IMG/VR virus record: IMGVR_UViG_3300031088_000782
Coordinates: 32,001 to 96,000 of that record
Reading direction: 5' to 3' (one strand)
DNA length: 64,000 nucleotides
From: a virus
Taxonomy: Duplodnaviria > Caudoviricetes
Under the pieces are notes generated by a model, which saw nothing but the letters and a program-made list of their open reading frames with translations, made no database searches and was not told the origin of the DNA. Below, one piece after another: positions 1 to 9,818 of the stretch. The translations under genes and the position numbers were made by a program. The stretch's first letter is position 1; each line of letters opens with the position of its first letter.

Positions 1-1
1 A

Positions 2-232
2 CCTGAAGTTGTTGAAAGAAAATTGAGAATGAAATTCAATTTCCGTGGTGCTAATTATACTCTTGACTTTTATCCTGACTTGTCTTTCGCTGTTGCTGAA
101 ATTGAATGTTTTGATGAAGCCGCAGAATTAGACTGGGAACTATTCAGTTTTGGGTCTTTGCTTTTTGAACATGATTTAAATATGAGTTTAGATGAATCAG
201 CTTACAGAAAATTTTTAGAGCGTTCTCTCTGA
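2..232 (+). CDS. C-terminal part of a gene entering from the left edge; CYTH-like domain possible
   Basis: Frame is open from base 2 (PEVVERKLRMKFNFRGANYTLDFYPDLSFAVAEIE). The K-x-R...LD-x-Y...AEIE pattern resembles the CYTH C-terminal strands. Confidence 0.4.
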   Translation, partial: PEVVERKLRMKFNFRGANYTLDFYPDLSFAVAEIECFDEAAELDWELFSFGSLLFEHDLNMSLDESAYRKFLERSL

Positions 233-337
233 TTGTTTTTTAGATCAATAGATAATTATTTCGAATCGATTTGAAATGTCTTCTAATTTTATACTTCAAA
301 GCGATTCTGATAACTGTTTGATATTTATAAAAAGGTA

Positions 338-342
338 GATAT
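338..342 (+). promoter_or_regulatory. GATAT upstream motif (first of 14 positionally conserved copies; see findings)
   Basis: 51 nt before ATG 389; the same motif lies 41-55 nt before many other starts. Confidence 0.55.
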
Positions 343-388
343 TGTAACTATAAATAGCAATAACGATAAAAAGAATGGACTCCGAGAT

Positions 389-2260
389 ATGGGATTTTTC
401 AAGAAGAACAACAAGGCAGAACCGCCTAAAACAAGCGTTCCTAAAATAGAATATGCTGACCTTAAAACGTCTTTAGTTGAAGCTCTGAGTGTCGGCTCCA
501 AAGACTCTAAATTTCTTGACGTTTTGACAGAGGATGGAGATCAGATATTCATTTATGCTAACAGCGGAGAAATCAAATACGCTTATAGTAAGAATAACCC
601 TTTAAGATTTAGCGAAAGACTATTTTGGGTGTCCGAAGATTCTCTTTCTTTTGAGAAACGAGAAAAACTTTCTACTCTTGTCAATGATTTTAGTAATGTT
701 AATTTTTATGCTGAAATAATGAAAGAAATTCCTGAATCTAAAGATGTAGTAGATGGAATACTTAGGGATTACACGCTTTCTGTTATTCTTAATTCAAAAA
801 GAGCGAAAATCACAAAGATTTTTACCGAACTTTTATTCCATCCTGAAAATGCTATTGTTGAAAATATTAATTTCTTTGAAAAGTCTATTGATGAACTTAT
901 TGATGAAGTTGAGAAACTTGATAAGGATGAAAACAAATTTCTCCATGCTTTGAGTAAGAATAAAGATGAAAAAGTCTCTATCGCTTTACCAGAGGGTTTC
1001 AACCAGAAGCCAAATAATGATATCGAGTATCTTCTTTTCTCTGCGGCTGAAGCAGAAAGCACAATTGCAGAAGTTCGAGAAGCTTCAACAGGATTTGTGT
1101 TTGCAGAAGTTTTGAGTGTTTTGAATTCTCTTATTTATAACAAGGTTATTACTATTGACGAAATTGGAGATGACGATGATGCTTTGCCAACTTTTCCATT
1201 TGAAGAAACAGCTGAAAAAGAATCTATTGTAGTTTCACCAAAAGATGAAGAAACAGAATCTTCTAATGAAGAGAGAAAAGAAATCCCCATTGATGATTAT
1301 TCAACAGTCATTTCAAATGATTTTGATGTTTTCAAACAAGAACCAGAGAACAAAGATTTAGAATCCACAGAAAGCGATTTGATGGTAGAAAATGTTACTG
1401 AGGAGGTTGAGTCCGATAGTGATGATTCTGATACCCATGACAGCACTCTTCATGGCTCTCATCATATTCATCCAAGTTCTGGCATGTTTGAGGTTGAGGA
1501 AGATGATGAATTTGTTTTCGCTTACCCTCCTAAAGATTCTGCTGATGATTCTGTTGGCTCTGAGGATGATGGCGGATTCGATTTCGAGGTTGTTGAAGAT
1601 GCAGAATCAGCAGGAACTACTGGAGCTTTGGATGATGAAGATTTTGTAAAAGATTTTGAAAAAGTTTTGAAGGATAAAAAGATTTCCGAAGAAAACAGAA
1701 AAGAAGTTCGCTCTCTTGTGGAAAACAATGACAAACTTGAGATTGAATTGAAATCTGTGGAACAGGAAGTTGTTTCTGCGCAAGAAGAATACAATAAATC
1801 AGACAGTTCAGCAGAAAGTGATAGTGATTCTCATGATTCTTTATCTACTCTTTATGAAGTAGAATCCCAGAGACAAGAAATAAATACTGCTCGTAAGTCA
1901 GTTCTTGAGCGATTGTTTATTATTACTGATTCTCTTCCAAGTGACTATGTTCAGGAGATGTTGCATCGAATTACTTTGAAATTGGATGGAATTGAATCAG
2001 TAGTTAATGTTGCTTTCAATGTTTCAGAGCAAGAAGATGTATCAGAATCAGAAGTAACAATTGTTAATGTTACAGAAGAATTCGAACCTATTGAAGAAGC
2101 TGTTGGAATTGATGCAGAAGAGTTTAAAGAAAAAGTTGAAAAAGAATTTCATGATGTTCTTGATTTAACAACTGAAGTTGATTTCAGTGAAGAATCGACA
2201 CCTATATATTCAGAATTAATCAAAACGATGGGATTCAACCCTTCTAACAAGACAAAATAA
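389..2260 (+). CDS. Acidic 623-aa hypothetical protein, N-terminal DUF4388/PatA-like domain possible
   Basis: Long ORF. IFIYANSGEIKYAYS resembles DUF4388-type strands; Asp/Glu-rich middle and a coiled-coil segment follow. Confidence 0.45.
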   Translation: MGFFKKNNKAEPPKTSVPKIEYADLKTSLVEALSVGSKDSKFLDVLTEDGDQIFIYANSGEIKYAYSKNNPLRFSERLFWVSEDSLSFEKREKLSTLVNDFSNVNFYAEIMKEIPESKDVVDGILRDYTLSVILNSKRAKITKIFTELLFHPENAIVENINFFEKSIDELIDEVEKLDKDENKFLHALSKNKDEKVSIALPEGFNQKPNNDIEYLLFSAAEAESTIAEVREASTGFVFAEVLSVLNSLIYNKVITIDEIGDDDDALPTFPFEETAEKESIVVSPKDEETESSNEERKEIPIDDYSTVISNDFDVFKQEPENKDLESTESDLMVENVTEEVESDSDDSDTHDSTLHGSHHIHPSSGMFEVEEDDEFVFAYPPKDSADDSVGSEDDGGFDFEVVEDAESAGTTGALDDEDFVKDFEKVLKDKKISEENRKEVRSLVENNDKLEIELKSVEQEVVSAQEEYNKSDSSAESDSDSHDSLSTLYEVESQRQEINTARKSVLERLFIITDSLPSDYVQEMLHRITLKLDGIESVVNVAFNVSEQEDVSESEVTIVNVTEEFEPIEEAVGIDAEEFKEKVEKEFHDVLDLTTEVDFSEESTPIYSELIKTMGFNPSNKTK

Positions 2261-2277
2261 TGCTATATGAGATATTG

Positions 2278-2316
2278 ATATAGGCACAGCTGAAATGTTA
2301 GATGCTGTGTCTATAT
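2278..2316. terminator. 13-bp inverted repeat (one G-U pair), probable terminator or regulatory hairpin
   Basis: atataggcacagc (2278-2290) / gctgtgtctatat (2304-2316), directly after the 2260 stop. Confidence 0.6.
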
Positions 2317-2345
2317 TTCTTTAATCGAACATATAGCAAAAGAGT

Positions 2346-4781
2346 TTGGTGGTTTGTGTAATGTTATTTCTTTCTTCTGAAGATAAGGATGATGACAACA
2401 ATAAAGGGTTTGTCGGACTCCTTGTTGTGCTGTCAATAATCTTTCTCCCCGCTTTCATTCTCGGATGGGGTTATTATAGTTTGATTCGGTTTTTCAAACA
2501 GCGTTTTTCCGTAATAGCTACTGTTGTCCTCTTTGTTGATTTGATTGCTGTGCTCTACGGATTCTTGTCTCATGCAGTAGAAAGAGCTTTAGGTGTTTTT
2601 GCCAATCTTTTCCAAATTCAAAATTTATGGACTGATTTGATACCTTTTGCTATTGTTTTCAATATTATTTTAGGTGGATTTTTTGGATTATTGCTAGTGT
2701 TTATACAAATACAGCAGATTAAAGCTAGCCCTTATAAACTTAAATTTAAGGGAACATGGCTTTATGAATTCAAGTTTAGAAGAACACCTTTACAATATTT
2801 CCGAAAGAAAAAAATTATTGAAGGTTTAAAAGAAGGTAAATATTCATCACCTGAAAAAGCACCACTAGGATTAGATGAAAACAATGGCGATGTTGTTGCA
2901 TCAATGTATGGTTCAGAGAGTGGTAAGCCTACGTTGATCTCAGGAGCAGCAGGTTCAGGAAAAACTATTACTATGCTTTCAATGATTCACAATAATATTA
3001 AAAATGGGAAACCCTCTGTTGTGATTGATTTCAAGCGAAGTCCAGAACTTTCTTCAAAACTTGCGTCTTGGGCAAAAGAAAACAACAGAAAATTTTATCA
3101 TTTTGTGAACGGAGACCCTGATAGATATGATGTTAAAGATTCTCCTGGTCAAGCTTGTTATGACGCTTTGATTAACGGTGATGCATCTAAGGCAGACATG
3201 GTTTTGGGAATGCGAGAATATGATGTTGCGGCTGAAGTCTATAAATCTAGTATGCGTCAGTTACTACAAGTTCTTTTCTCTATGCTGAAGTATGCAGATA
3301 AAAGTAAGGCTCCAAATGTTGATTGGGATCATGGTGAACTTTATCAAGTTGCCTCTTCAATCACTGGTGGTAATTTTACGGATCTTGTTGGGGCTTGTGA
3401 AGGAACAATTATTCAAGCTAGTGCTGAGGAAGTTGAGATTGGGTTACGTAGCAGAACTTCTAGTTTGCATAAGGCTATGGAGGAACTGCGAGGTCAGATG
3501 AGAACTATCATTTCGTCCGAGTATGGGCGTTGGTTAAAAACTGAAAAAGGCGGAAGGAATATTGACCTTTATAAACTTACGTCTGAATCAGATAGTGATA
3601 GCGTTATTCTATTCTCTCTTAACTCTGATTCTGAGAAAGACTTTTCAAAATATTTGGGATCTTTAATCCTAGCAGATTTGAGTGCAGTATCTGCTAAGCG
3701 CAGAAATAATGGCATTAAGAATCAAATAAGTGTTTATGTTGATGAGTTCCAAGCTGTTCCCCCTACAGCCGTTACAAGCCTTTTGGAAAAATCTCGTGAA
3801 TCCAAAATGGGCATGACTCTTTCCAGTCAGTCTTATGAACAGATTGTTGCAGCTTCTGATAACAATGGTGAAGCTTATTTGATCAGTATTATGGATACTT
3901 GTTCTAACTTCATAGTCCATAACGGTGCTACTGAAAAGTCTGCTGTAAGATTGGCTGAAATTATTGGTAAAGATTTCGAAACTGTTTATTCAGCTTCTAA
4001 TCAGAATGATGGTTTCTTATTCTCTATCAATTGGTTTAATAAGAGGAATCAGATTGTGAAAACAGACGAAGAGGAAAGATGGATCGTACATCCTAAAGAA
4101 TTCATGTCTTTGTCTTCTCCAAGTGAAAATAATGGTTATAAATCTACTGCTGTTATCATTAACAAATCACCTGATGATCCTTTGTTTAAAAATAACGCAG
4201 GCGGTGCTGTTGCTAGACATGTTTGGATGATTCCTAATCAAGAAGTAATCAATGATTATTATATTCCTAAATTAGCTTCTGATGACAGTTACGATGAAAC
4301 CGACCTTCCGCCAGCTCTAGTTGAACTTACTGGTAAAGGGCATAATTCTATTCTTGAAGAACAGGAAGCTCCAAGAGATTATCTTTCTGAAAGACTTGAT
4401 GGACATCGCTCAACAGATTCTATTGTTGAAGAATACGATTATTCAGGTATGGAAGATGAAGATCTTGACGGATCTTTTGGATTTGAAACTATTGAAGAAG
4501 ATGAGGATGACAGCTTCAAAGATGTTCAAAGCATAGATTATCGGAAGGTCATGAATCAAAGAAAAACAAACAATGATGATCTTTTTGAATCTGCTCGACC
4601 AAAAACGAGAAGATCAGCCATTGAATCTGCTTCTTTTGAAAGCTTATTCAATTCAGAGGCAACTCCTGATTTGGTGAGACGTAAAGAATCACCAAAGAGC
4701 AGACTACCCAAAAAACCAGACCCAATTGAGGAAGACCTTTATGAAGAGGAAGCTCTGCCCGATATAGAGGAACTTATGTGA
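2346..4781 (+). CDS. Type IV coupling protein (VirD4/TraD/TraG-like) with acidic C-terminal tail
   Basis: N-terminal TM helices, Walker A GAAGSGKT, VVIDFK, Walker B VYVDEFQ, LLEKSRESKMGMTLSSQS. Real start may be ATG 2361. Confidence 0.85.
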   Translation: MVVCVMLFLSSEDKDDDNNKGFVGLLVVLSIIFLPAFILGWGYYSLIRFFKQRFSVIATVVLFVDLIAVLYGFLSHAVERALGVFANLFQIQNLWTDLIPFAIVFNIILGGFFGLLLVFIQIQQIKASPYKLKFKGTWLYEFKFRRTPLQYFRKKKIIEGLKEGKYSSPEKAPLGLDENNGDVVASMYGSESGKPTLISGAAGSGKTITMLSMIHNNIKNGKPSVVIDFKRSPELSSKLASWAKENNRKFYHFVNGDPDRYDVKDSPGQACYDALINGDASKADMVLGMREYDVAAEVYKSSMRQLLQVLFSMLKYADKSKAPNVDWDHGELYQVASSITGGNFTDLVGACEGTIIQASAEEVEIGLRSRTSSLHKAMEELRGQMRTIISSEYGRWLKTEKGGRNIDLYKLTSESDSDSVILFSLNSDSEKDFSKYLGSLILADLSAVSAKRRNNGIKNQISVYVDEFQAVPPTAVTSLLEKSRESKMGMTLSSQSYEQIVAASDNNGEAYLISIMDTCSNFIVHNGATEKSAVRLAEIIGKDFETVYSASNQNDGFLFSINWFNKRNQIVKTDEEERWIVHPKEFMSLSSPSENNGYKSTAVIINKSPDDPLFKNNAGGAVARHVWMIPNQEVINDYYIPKLASDDSYDETDLPPALVELTGKGHNSILEEQEAPRDYLSERLDGHRSTDSIVEEYDYSGMEDEDLDGSFGFETIEEDEDDSFKDVQSIDYRKVMNQRKTNNDDLFESARPKTRRSAIESASFESLFNSEATPDLVRRKESPKSRLPKKPDPIEEDLYEEEALPDIEELM

Positions 4782-4842
4782 TTTCAGACCGTGATTGATA
4801 TTCTCAATAGTATATGTATGATAATTTGTATGGGAGCTTTAA

Positions 4843-6780
4843 ATGCCAATTCCTAAGAATGCTTCACCAGGAGGAAACTCTAACAGGGGTAACGATTCGA
4901 ACAGAGGTCCGGGTGGAAATCCTCCTCGAAATAACCCTAATCGTTCAAATAACCCTAATATTCCACGCAGACCGCCTGCTGGTGGTAATCAGTCACCTTC
5001 AGTGCCTCATTCCCCGCAAAGAGGGAATGGTAACGCAAGGCAAAATCCTGCAAGGTCAGGACAAAACCCAAATCAAGATCCACGTCAGGCAAGACGTCCA
5101 CAGCAGTTACCGCAGAATAATCCTCCGGTAAGAGGTCAAGGCCCAAGACAATCCACTGCTCAGGCTTCTCATTACGTAGATGACGAATTGGGTTTTGAGG
5201 AAAATCAATCAAATCAGGTTCCTTCCCAAGAAGGCAGAAGAAGACCTCCAAGCTCTCACGTTGAGCAGTATGACTATGATGAACGTTCTTTTGATAATAC
5301 ACCTAATCCCTCTCCAAGAGAAAATTATCAGCGTCCAAATCGATCTTACCCTCAAGACGATCAAGAGAGAGAAGTTCGTGAACCTTTTGTCAATGAATTT
5401 GATGAATATGAAGATGAAACATTCAGCCCTATTTCTATTGATGAACAGTTAAGAATAGAAGATGAAGAAGACAATCGTTCATCAAATAATTCTCGTAATC
5501 GTTCACGTAGAGATGAGGAAGTTTCTTATGAGCCTTCTCCCTTAGATGATTATGAAGATGACGAGGAAAAAGAAGTTTCGGTTCCCCAAAAAGCTCCTAA
5601 GTCAAAGCCTAAAAAAGTAAAGAAAAACCGTAAAGATAAAAAAGGGCAAGATGTTTTTATTGATGAGAAAAAAGGTGTTGTAAAACCTTTCGGTGGAAGA
5701 AAAATTAAAGAGAATGAATTTGATAAGAGAAAGAACATTCGTAAAAACGCAATCGTCATTCAATGGGTTGTTATCAGTCTTATCGTTATTCTTGTCGGAT
5801 TAGGTGTGAAAAATGCTGTTGTTCCGCCAAAAACTCTTGATGAACAAGAAGTAGCTGACATTGCTGCAGTTACAACTGGTGTGACAAATTATCCATTAGA
5901 AAAAGGAAAAGGTTTCGCAACTGATTTCATGAAGGCTTACCTTACTATTAACAATGATGAGGTCGCTTCAAAAGTGTTGGGATACTACTATTCTGGAAGC
6001 TTAACTGTTGAGGATGATAATAGTAACAAAGAGGCAACCAGTAATTACAAACAGACTATCCTTTATGGCCCAACTGTTTATGATTCTTTCGCTTTCAATG
6101 ACTACTCAGCTCGTTATACAATAGGATCTTTGGTCAAGCCAGGAGCAGTAGAGGGTAAAGCTTCAGGAGTAGATCCTCATTGGGTATTCTTTAATGTTAA
6201 TGTATATTACAATTCCGCAGCTGATTCATTTACTATTACTGATGATTCACCAACAGTTGTTCCTTCAGCTGAAGTAGGAAATATTGCGGACCTTCCTGAA
6301 CGACAAGTTTTGGGCACAGGCGAAGCAGATCAAGGTATTGGAGAATCTATCAAATCTGTTGTATTCGGATTCTTACAAGGCTATGCTGAATCTTCTCCTG
6401 CAGATCATTCAAGTCTTGATCAATACATTACTGACTCAAAAGACTCGGAACTAATAAAAGGATTAGACGGAGAATATGAATTCTCAGGAGAAATGAATGA
6501 CGCAGTTCAATTTGAAGCTTTCCCTGTTGATGAATCAGAAAGCCCAACTGAGATAAAAGCTCTTACGAAAGTAAGATGGGCCAACAAAGTTAAGGTTTCA
6601 GATCAAGAAACACGAGTTGATTATACCTCCACTTATGTTATGACTCTTCAAAAAGTTGGAGATAAATATTTGGTATCAAAATTCCAACCACAATATTACG
6701 CCTCTGAGGAAGCCGAGAAGCCTGTTGTTCCTGACTATGAAGAAGATCCAGCCACAGATACTTCTATCGAAGAAGAGTGA
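4843..6780 (+). CDS. TcpC-like (VirB8-like) conjugation protein with long disordered N-terminus
   Basis: About 300-aa P/N/R/Q then D/E low-complexity region, one TM (AIVIQWVVISLIVILVGLGV), then tandem TcpC-like domains (GFATDFMKAYLT; WVFFNVNVYY; VVFGFLQGYA; STYVMTLQKVGDKYLV). Confidence 0.7.
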   Translation: MPIPKNASPGGNSNRGNDSNRGPGGNPPRNNPNRSNNPNIPRRPPAGGNQSPSVPHSPQRGNGNARQNPARSGQNPNQDPRQARRPQQLPQNNPPVRGQGPRQSTAQASHYVDDELGFEENQSNQVPSQEGRRRPPSSHVEQYDYDERSFDNTPNPSPRENYQRPNRSYPQDDQEREVREPFVNEFDEYEDETFSPISIDEQLRIEDEEDNRSSNNSRNRSRRDEEVSYEPSPLDDYEDDEEKEVSVPQKAPKSKPKKVKKNRKDKKGQDVFIDEKKGVVKPFGGRKIKENEFDKRKNIRKNAIVIQWVVISLIVILVGLGVKNAVVPPKTLDEQEVADIAAVTTGVTNYPLEKGKGFATDFMKAYLTINNDEVASKVLGYYYSGSLTVEDDNSNKEATSNYKQTILYGPTVYDSFAFNDYSARYTIGSLVKPGAVEGKASGVDPHWVFFNVNVYYNSAADSFTITDDSPTVVPSAEVGNIADLPERQVLGTGEADQGIGESIKSVVFGFLQGYAESSPADHSSLDQYITDSKDSELIKGLDGEYEFSGEMNDAVQFEAFPVDESESPTEIKALTKVRWANKVKVSDQETRVDYTSTYVMTLQKVGDKYLVSKFQPQYYASEEAEKPVVPDYEEDPATDTSIEEE

Positions 6781-6960
6781 TAAAAGATTAAATAATTGTT
6801 TTTATTAAATATTGTTGTAATTTCTTTTTAGAAAACGATATTAAAGAATAATTATAGAATAAAAAACTATTCTGATATTAAGGGTGTAGTATTTATCATA
6901 AAGCCGGTTTATTAACGAATATTACATCTGATCAGAATACTAAATCTACGGAGTAGGAAA

Positions 6961-7350
6961 ATGGAATTTTTAAACATATTGGCATCATCAAATTTGGTTG
7001 ATATGCACGCAGTGGGCAGTTTTGTTGATATGCACGCAGCAGGTTTGACCGATCTTTGGGGCAAAGTTCTCAAAAACTGGATCACACCACTTTACATTGC
7101 AGCGGTTGCTGTATTTGCTATTATCTTCCTTAAGGATAGGGCATGGATGAAGCTTATTGGATTCGTCGGTATTGCAGCAGTTGTTGGAGTTCTTGTCTTT
7201 GCTGGTTCTGAGATCTTCGGACAAAAGAACAAAGGTTTGACAGGAGTTGCAAAGAAAGCGGCTACTGAGATCAATACAGTGAACGGGCCTTCGCTGGCAA
7301 GCGGTGGGGATAACTCGTTCCTCGGTTCGTCAAGTGCATTCAACAAGTGA
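6961..7350 (+). CDS. TcpD/VirB2-like small membrane protein
   Basis: Two hydrophobic helices separated by FLKDRAW, located between tcpC-like and virB4-like genes; SD ggagtagg upstream. Confidence 0.55.
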   Translation: MEFLNILASSNLVDMHAVGSFVDMHAAGLTDLWGKVLKNWITPLYIAAVAVFAIIFLKDRAWMKLIGFVGIAAVVGVLVFAGSEIFGQKNKGLTGVAKKAATEINTVNGPSLASGGDNSFLGSSSAFNK

Positions 7351-7386
7351 AATTTTAATAATAATTAATTAAAATTAAATAACGCA

Positions 7387-7444
7387 AAATAAAGCAAAAG
7401 AAACAAGGTAAGACACAAAAGACCTTGTTTCTTTTGCTTTATTT
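7387..7444. terminator. Perfect 23-bp inverted repeat, intrinsic terminator
   Basis: aaataaagcaaaagaaacaaggt (7387-7409) / accttgtttcttttgctttattt (7422-7444). Confidence 0.75.
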
Positions 7445-7536
7445 ATTTATATTAAAATTGTTTTTATGGGTGTGCGCTATAAGTTGATATTTAATTTGAG
7501 CAATAGTAGTTTTATTATATTTTTCAAGGAGATACA

Positions 7537-8922
7537 ATGACTGAAAACAAGGAAAAAGAAGTTTCACCAAAGAATAACAGGAAAAGGTTAGACATTGCAC
7601 CAGTAGCAATAATTGATAATCTTGTTTTCAGTAGAACAGAAGTTTTTGCTTATTTTCAAGTAACTAATTCGGTATTCGACTTTCTTTCAAATGATCAAAA
7701 AGTAAATTTGGCACTTCGTATTTCAAACGCTTTTAACAATTTAATGAACGACAAGCAACAACCTGTGGAATGTCACACTATCATCACTTCTGTTCCTTTT
7801 GATGTTGATGCATGGGCTGAACAGGTAAGAGGGGTTTCAGAAGATTGGCCGACTGGACCTGGTTTTGAAAGATACATCAATGAACAGATGTTTTATCTTG
7901 AACAAAAAAGCTTTATGAAAAAAGTGACGTATGTTGGTGTTTCTCTTGGAAAAAGGGGAGCTTTGGATATGTCTAATTTGAATGTCTTTGAGAATGGGGT
8001 CAGAGGAGCTTGGGATGTTGTAAAAGCTTGGGGAAACACAATGCTTCAAGTTCCTACTGCATCAGTATCAAGTAAAGAAGAAGATGATATGCGAAGAAAG
8101 GAAGCAGAACTATTCAGAACACTCTCAAACGGCCATTTACAGGCTTCGAGAGCAACGACTGAGGATTTACTGCTTCTCATCAAAAGACAGCTTTATCCGT
8201 CCATGCCTGCGCCCTATCTTGATGTTGATCACGAGAACAGAGTTGGCCCAGGAGATCTTGATTTAGAATTGGGATCCGCTATCGAAAATAAATATAGATG
8301 GCTTAAAATTACACAAATGTTTGATGATATTGAAATTTCTGGCTACAGAGCAGCTTTGTCTTTTGCTAAATTCCCTAAACATATGGAGTATCCTGGTGCA
8401 GCACCATTTTTGTATTTCCCATCTCAGCTGGGAGCGCCATTCACTTGTTACTCCCGTTTCACACTACATCCTAGTCAAAAGATGAAATTAGAGCTTGAGA
8501 AAAAGAAGAAAGAACAGAAAGACGAACTTGAGAACTTAACAGCAGCTCAGGATCAATACGATTCCGCTGTGGACAGTATGCCTTCGGATATTGTTCAATC
8601 ATTGGAAGATATACGACAAATCGAAAACATGCTTTCGCAGGACAAAACAGCTTGGGTCGAAGGATCTTACCGTATCGTTGTTGAAGCTCCTAGCGAAGAA
8701 AGACTAAGGGAATATTGTTCCAAGTTAAAGCAGTCTTATGATGATTTGGGAATTCTCCTACAATGGACAGCAGGCGATCAAAAGCAGTTACTTTTGGAAC
8801 AAATGCCGGGTGATACTCACAGGGTAAAAGCTTTCCAGCAGATTACCAGCCTTAATATGTTATCTACTTCAGGAATGAATTTTAGTTCTGATGTTGGGGA
8901 TCCGATTTTTAAATCTAATTGA
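7537..8922 (+). CDS. N-terminal half of a VirB4/TcpF/ConE-like protein (no ATPase domain)
   Basis: NLVFSRTEVFAYFQV...FDFLSNDQK matches the ConE/YddE-type N-terminus; ends at NFSSDVGDP with no Walker motifs. Confidence 0.65.
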   Translation: MTENKEKEVSPKNNRKRLDIAPVAIIDNLVFSRTEVFAYFQVTNSVFDFLSNDQKVNLALRISNAFNNLMNDKQQPVECHTIITSVPFDVDAWAEQVRGVSEDWPTGPGFERYINEQMFYLEQKSFMKKVTYVGVSLGKRGALDMSNLNVFENGVRGAWDVVKAWGNTMLQVPTASVSSKEEDDMRRKEAELFRTLSNGHLQASRATTEDLLLLIKRQLYPSMPAPYLDVDHENRVGPGDLDLELGSAIENKYRWLKITQMFDDIEISGYRAALSFAKFPKHMEYPGAAPFLYFPSQLGAPFTCYSRFTLHPSQKMKLELEKKKKEQKDELENLTAAQDQYDSAVDSMPSDIVQSLEDIRQIENMLSQDKTAWVEGSYRIVVEAPSEERLREYCSKLKQSYDDLGILLQWTAGDQKQLLLEQMPGDTHRVKAFQQITSLNMLSTSGMNFSSDVGDPIFKSN

Positions 8923-8984
8923 TGTTTTTAAAAAATCAGATAGAGAAGTATTACGTAATATTGAAAAAGTTTAGGAGAAAGTAA

Positions 8985-9788
8985 ATGGCCCAAAGAAAAG
9001 GACGAAGCGGCGGTGGGTTCAAAGGTTTTTTTGCCAGTGGATTAATCTTAACTCTGTTGGTTTGCGGATTAGTAGCAATTGCAAAAAATAACAATCTTCA
9101 GTCCCCCGCCGATGTTTATGAATACGTAAAAAGTTGGTCTGATAAAGCCTGGAGTTGCGGGGCTGGCGAAGCTGAGTGGGAATGTCGTGGTGGTAAAGGC
9201 AGTCCCGGTGGAGATGGAAGCAAAGAAGGCGATGAGGCAGCTTCTAAAATTAAATCTTCTTCTACTAAAAAAGATGAAGCCTTAGCACAACTTGACAAAA
9301 TTGTTATTCGTGATCGCAAAGAGGTAGCTTACAAGCGTTCAGAATGGAAGCATTGGACAGGAAGCCCTTGTGACACCAGAGAGAAAGTACTCAAATCTCA
9401 AGGGGCAAAAGTGAAAACTGATGATAATTGTAAAGCGGTAAGCGGAACATGGGTGGATCCTTATTCTGGTGACATATTTAAAGATTCATCTAAACTTGAC
9501 ATAGATCATGTTATTCCTCTGTCAGCAGCTGCGCAAAGTGGTGGGCAAGCATGGAATAGCGAGAAAAAAGAAAAATTTGCAAATGACACTTCTCAATTAT
9601 TAGCTGTTTCCGCTGGAGAAAACCGTAAGAAGTCAGACAAGGGGCCGGGAGATTATATGCCACCTAATAAGGATTTCAGATGTGATTATGCAAAACTTTG
9701 GATTGACACTGCTCTCAAATATGAGCTTTCTATTGACAAATCAGATAAAACAGCTTTGACTGCTGCTCTTCGAAAATGCTCCGCGTGA
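8985..9788 (+). CDS. Membrane-anchored HNH nuclease (DUF1524/GmrSD C-terminal-like)
   Basis: N-terminal TM; WVDPYSG, LDIDHVIPLSAAAQSG, FAND..LLAVSAGENRKKSDKGP.DYMP, C.YAKLW motifs. Confidence 0.8.
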   Translation: MAQRKGRSGGGFKGFFASGLILTLLVCGLVAIAKNNNLQSPADVYEYVKSWSDKAWSCGAGEAEWECRGGKGSPGGDGSKEGDEAASKIKSSSTKKDEALAQLDKIVIRDRKEVAYKRSEWKHWTGSPCDTREKVLKSQGAKVKTDDNCKAVSGTWVDPYSGDIFKDSSKLDIDHVIPLSAAAQSGGQAWNSEKKEKFANDTSQLLAVSAGENRKKSDKGPGDYMPPNKDFRCDYAKLWIDTALKYELSIDKSDKTALTAALRKCSA

Positions 9789-9818
9789 GTGAATTAAACT
9801 AAGAAAAGGATTATTATA

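Noticed and set aside
6997-7039. 16-bp direct repeat (27-bp period) encoding VDMHA twice
   Set aside because: Only two copies, in frame within a leader region; most simply a small tandem duplication, not an iteron or CRISPR repeat.
8923-8984. Frameshifted continuation of the VirB4-like gene
   Set aside because: The spacer is short, AT-rich and carries the SD of the next gene; no Walker A-containing frame follows.
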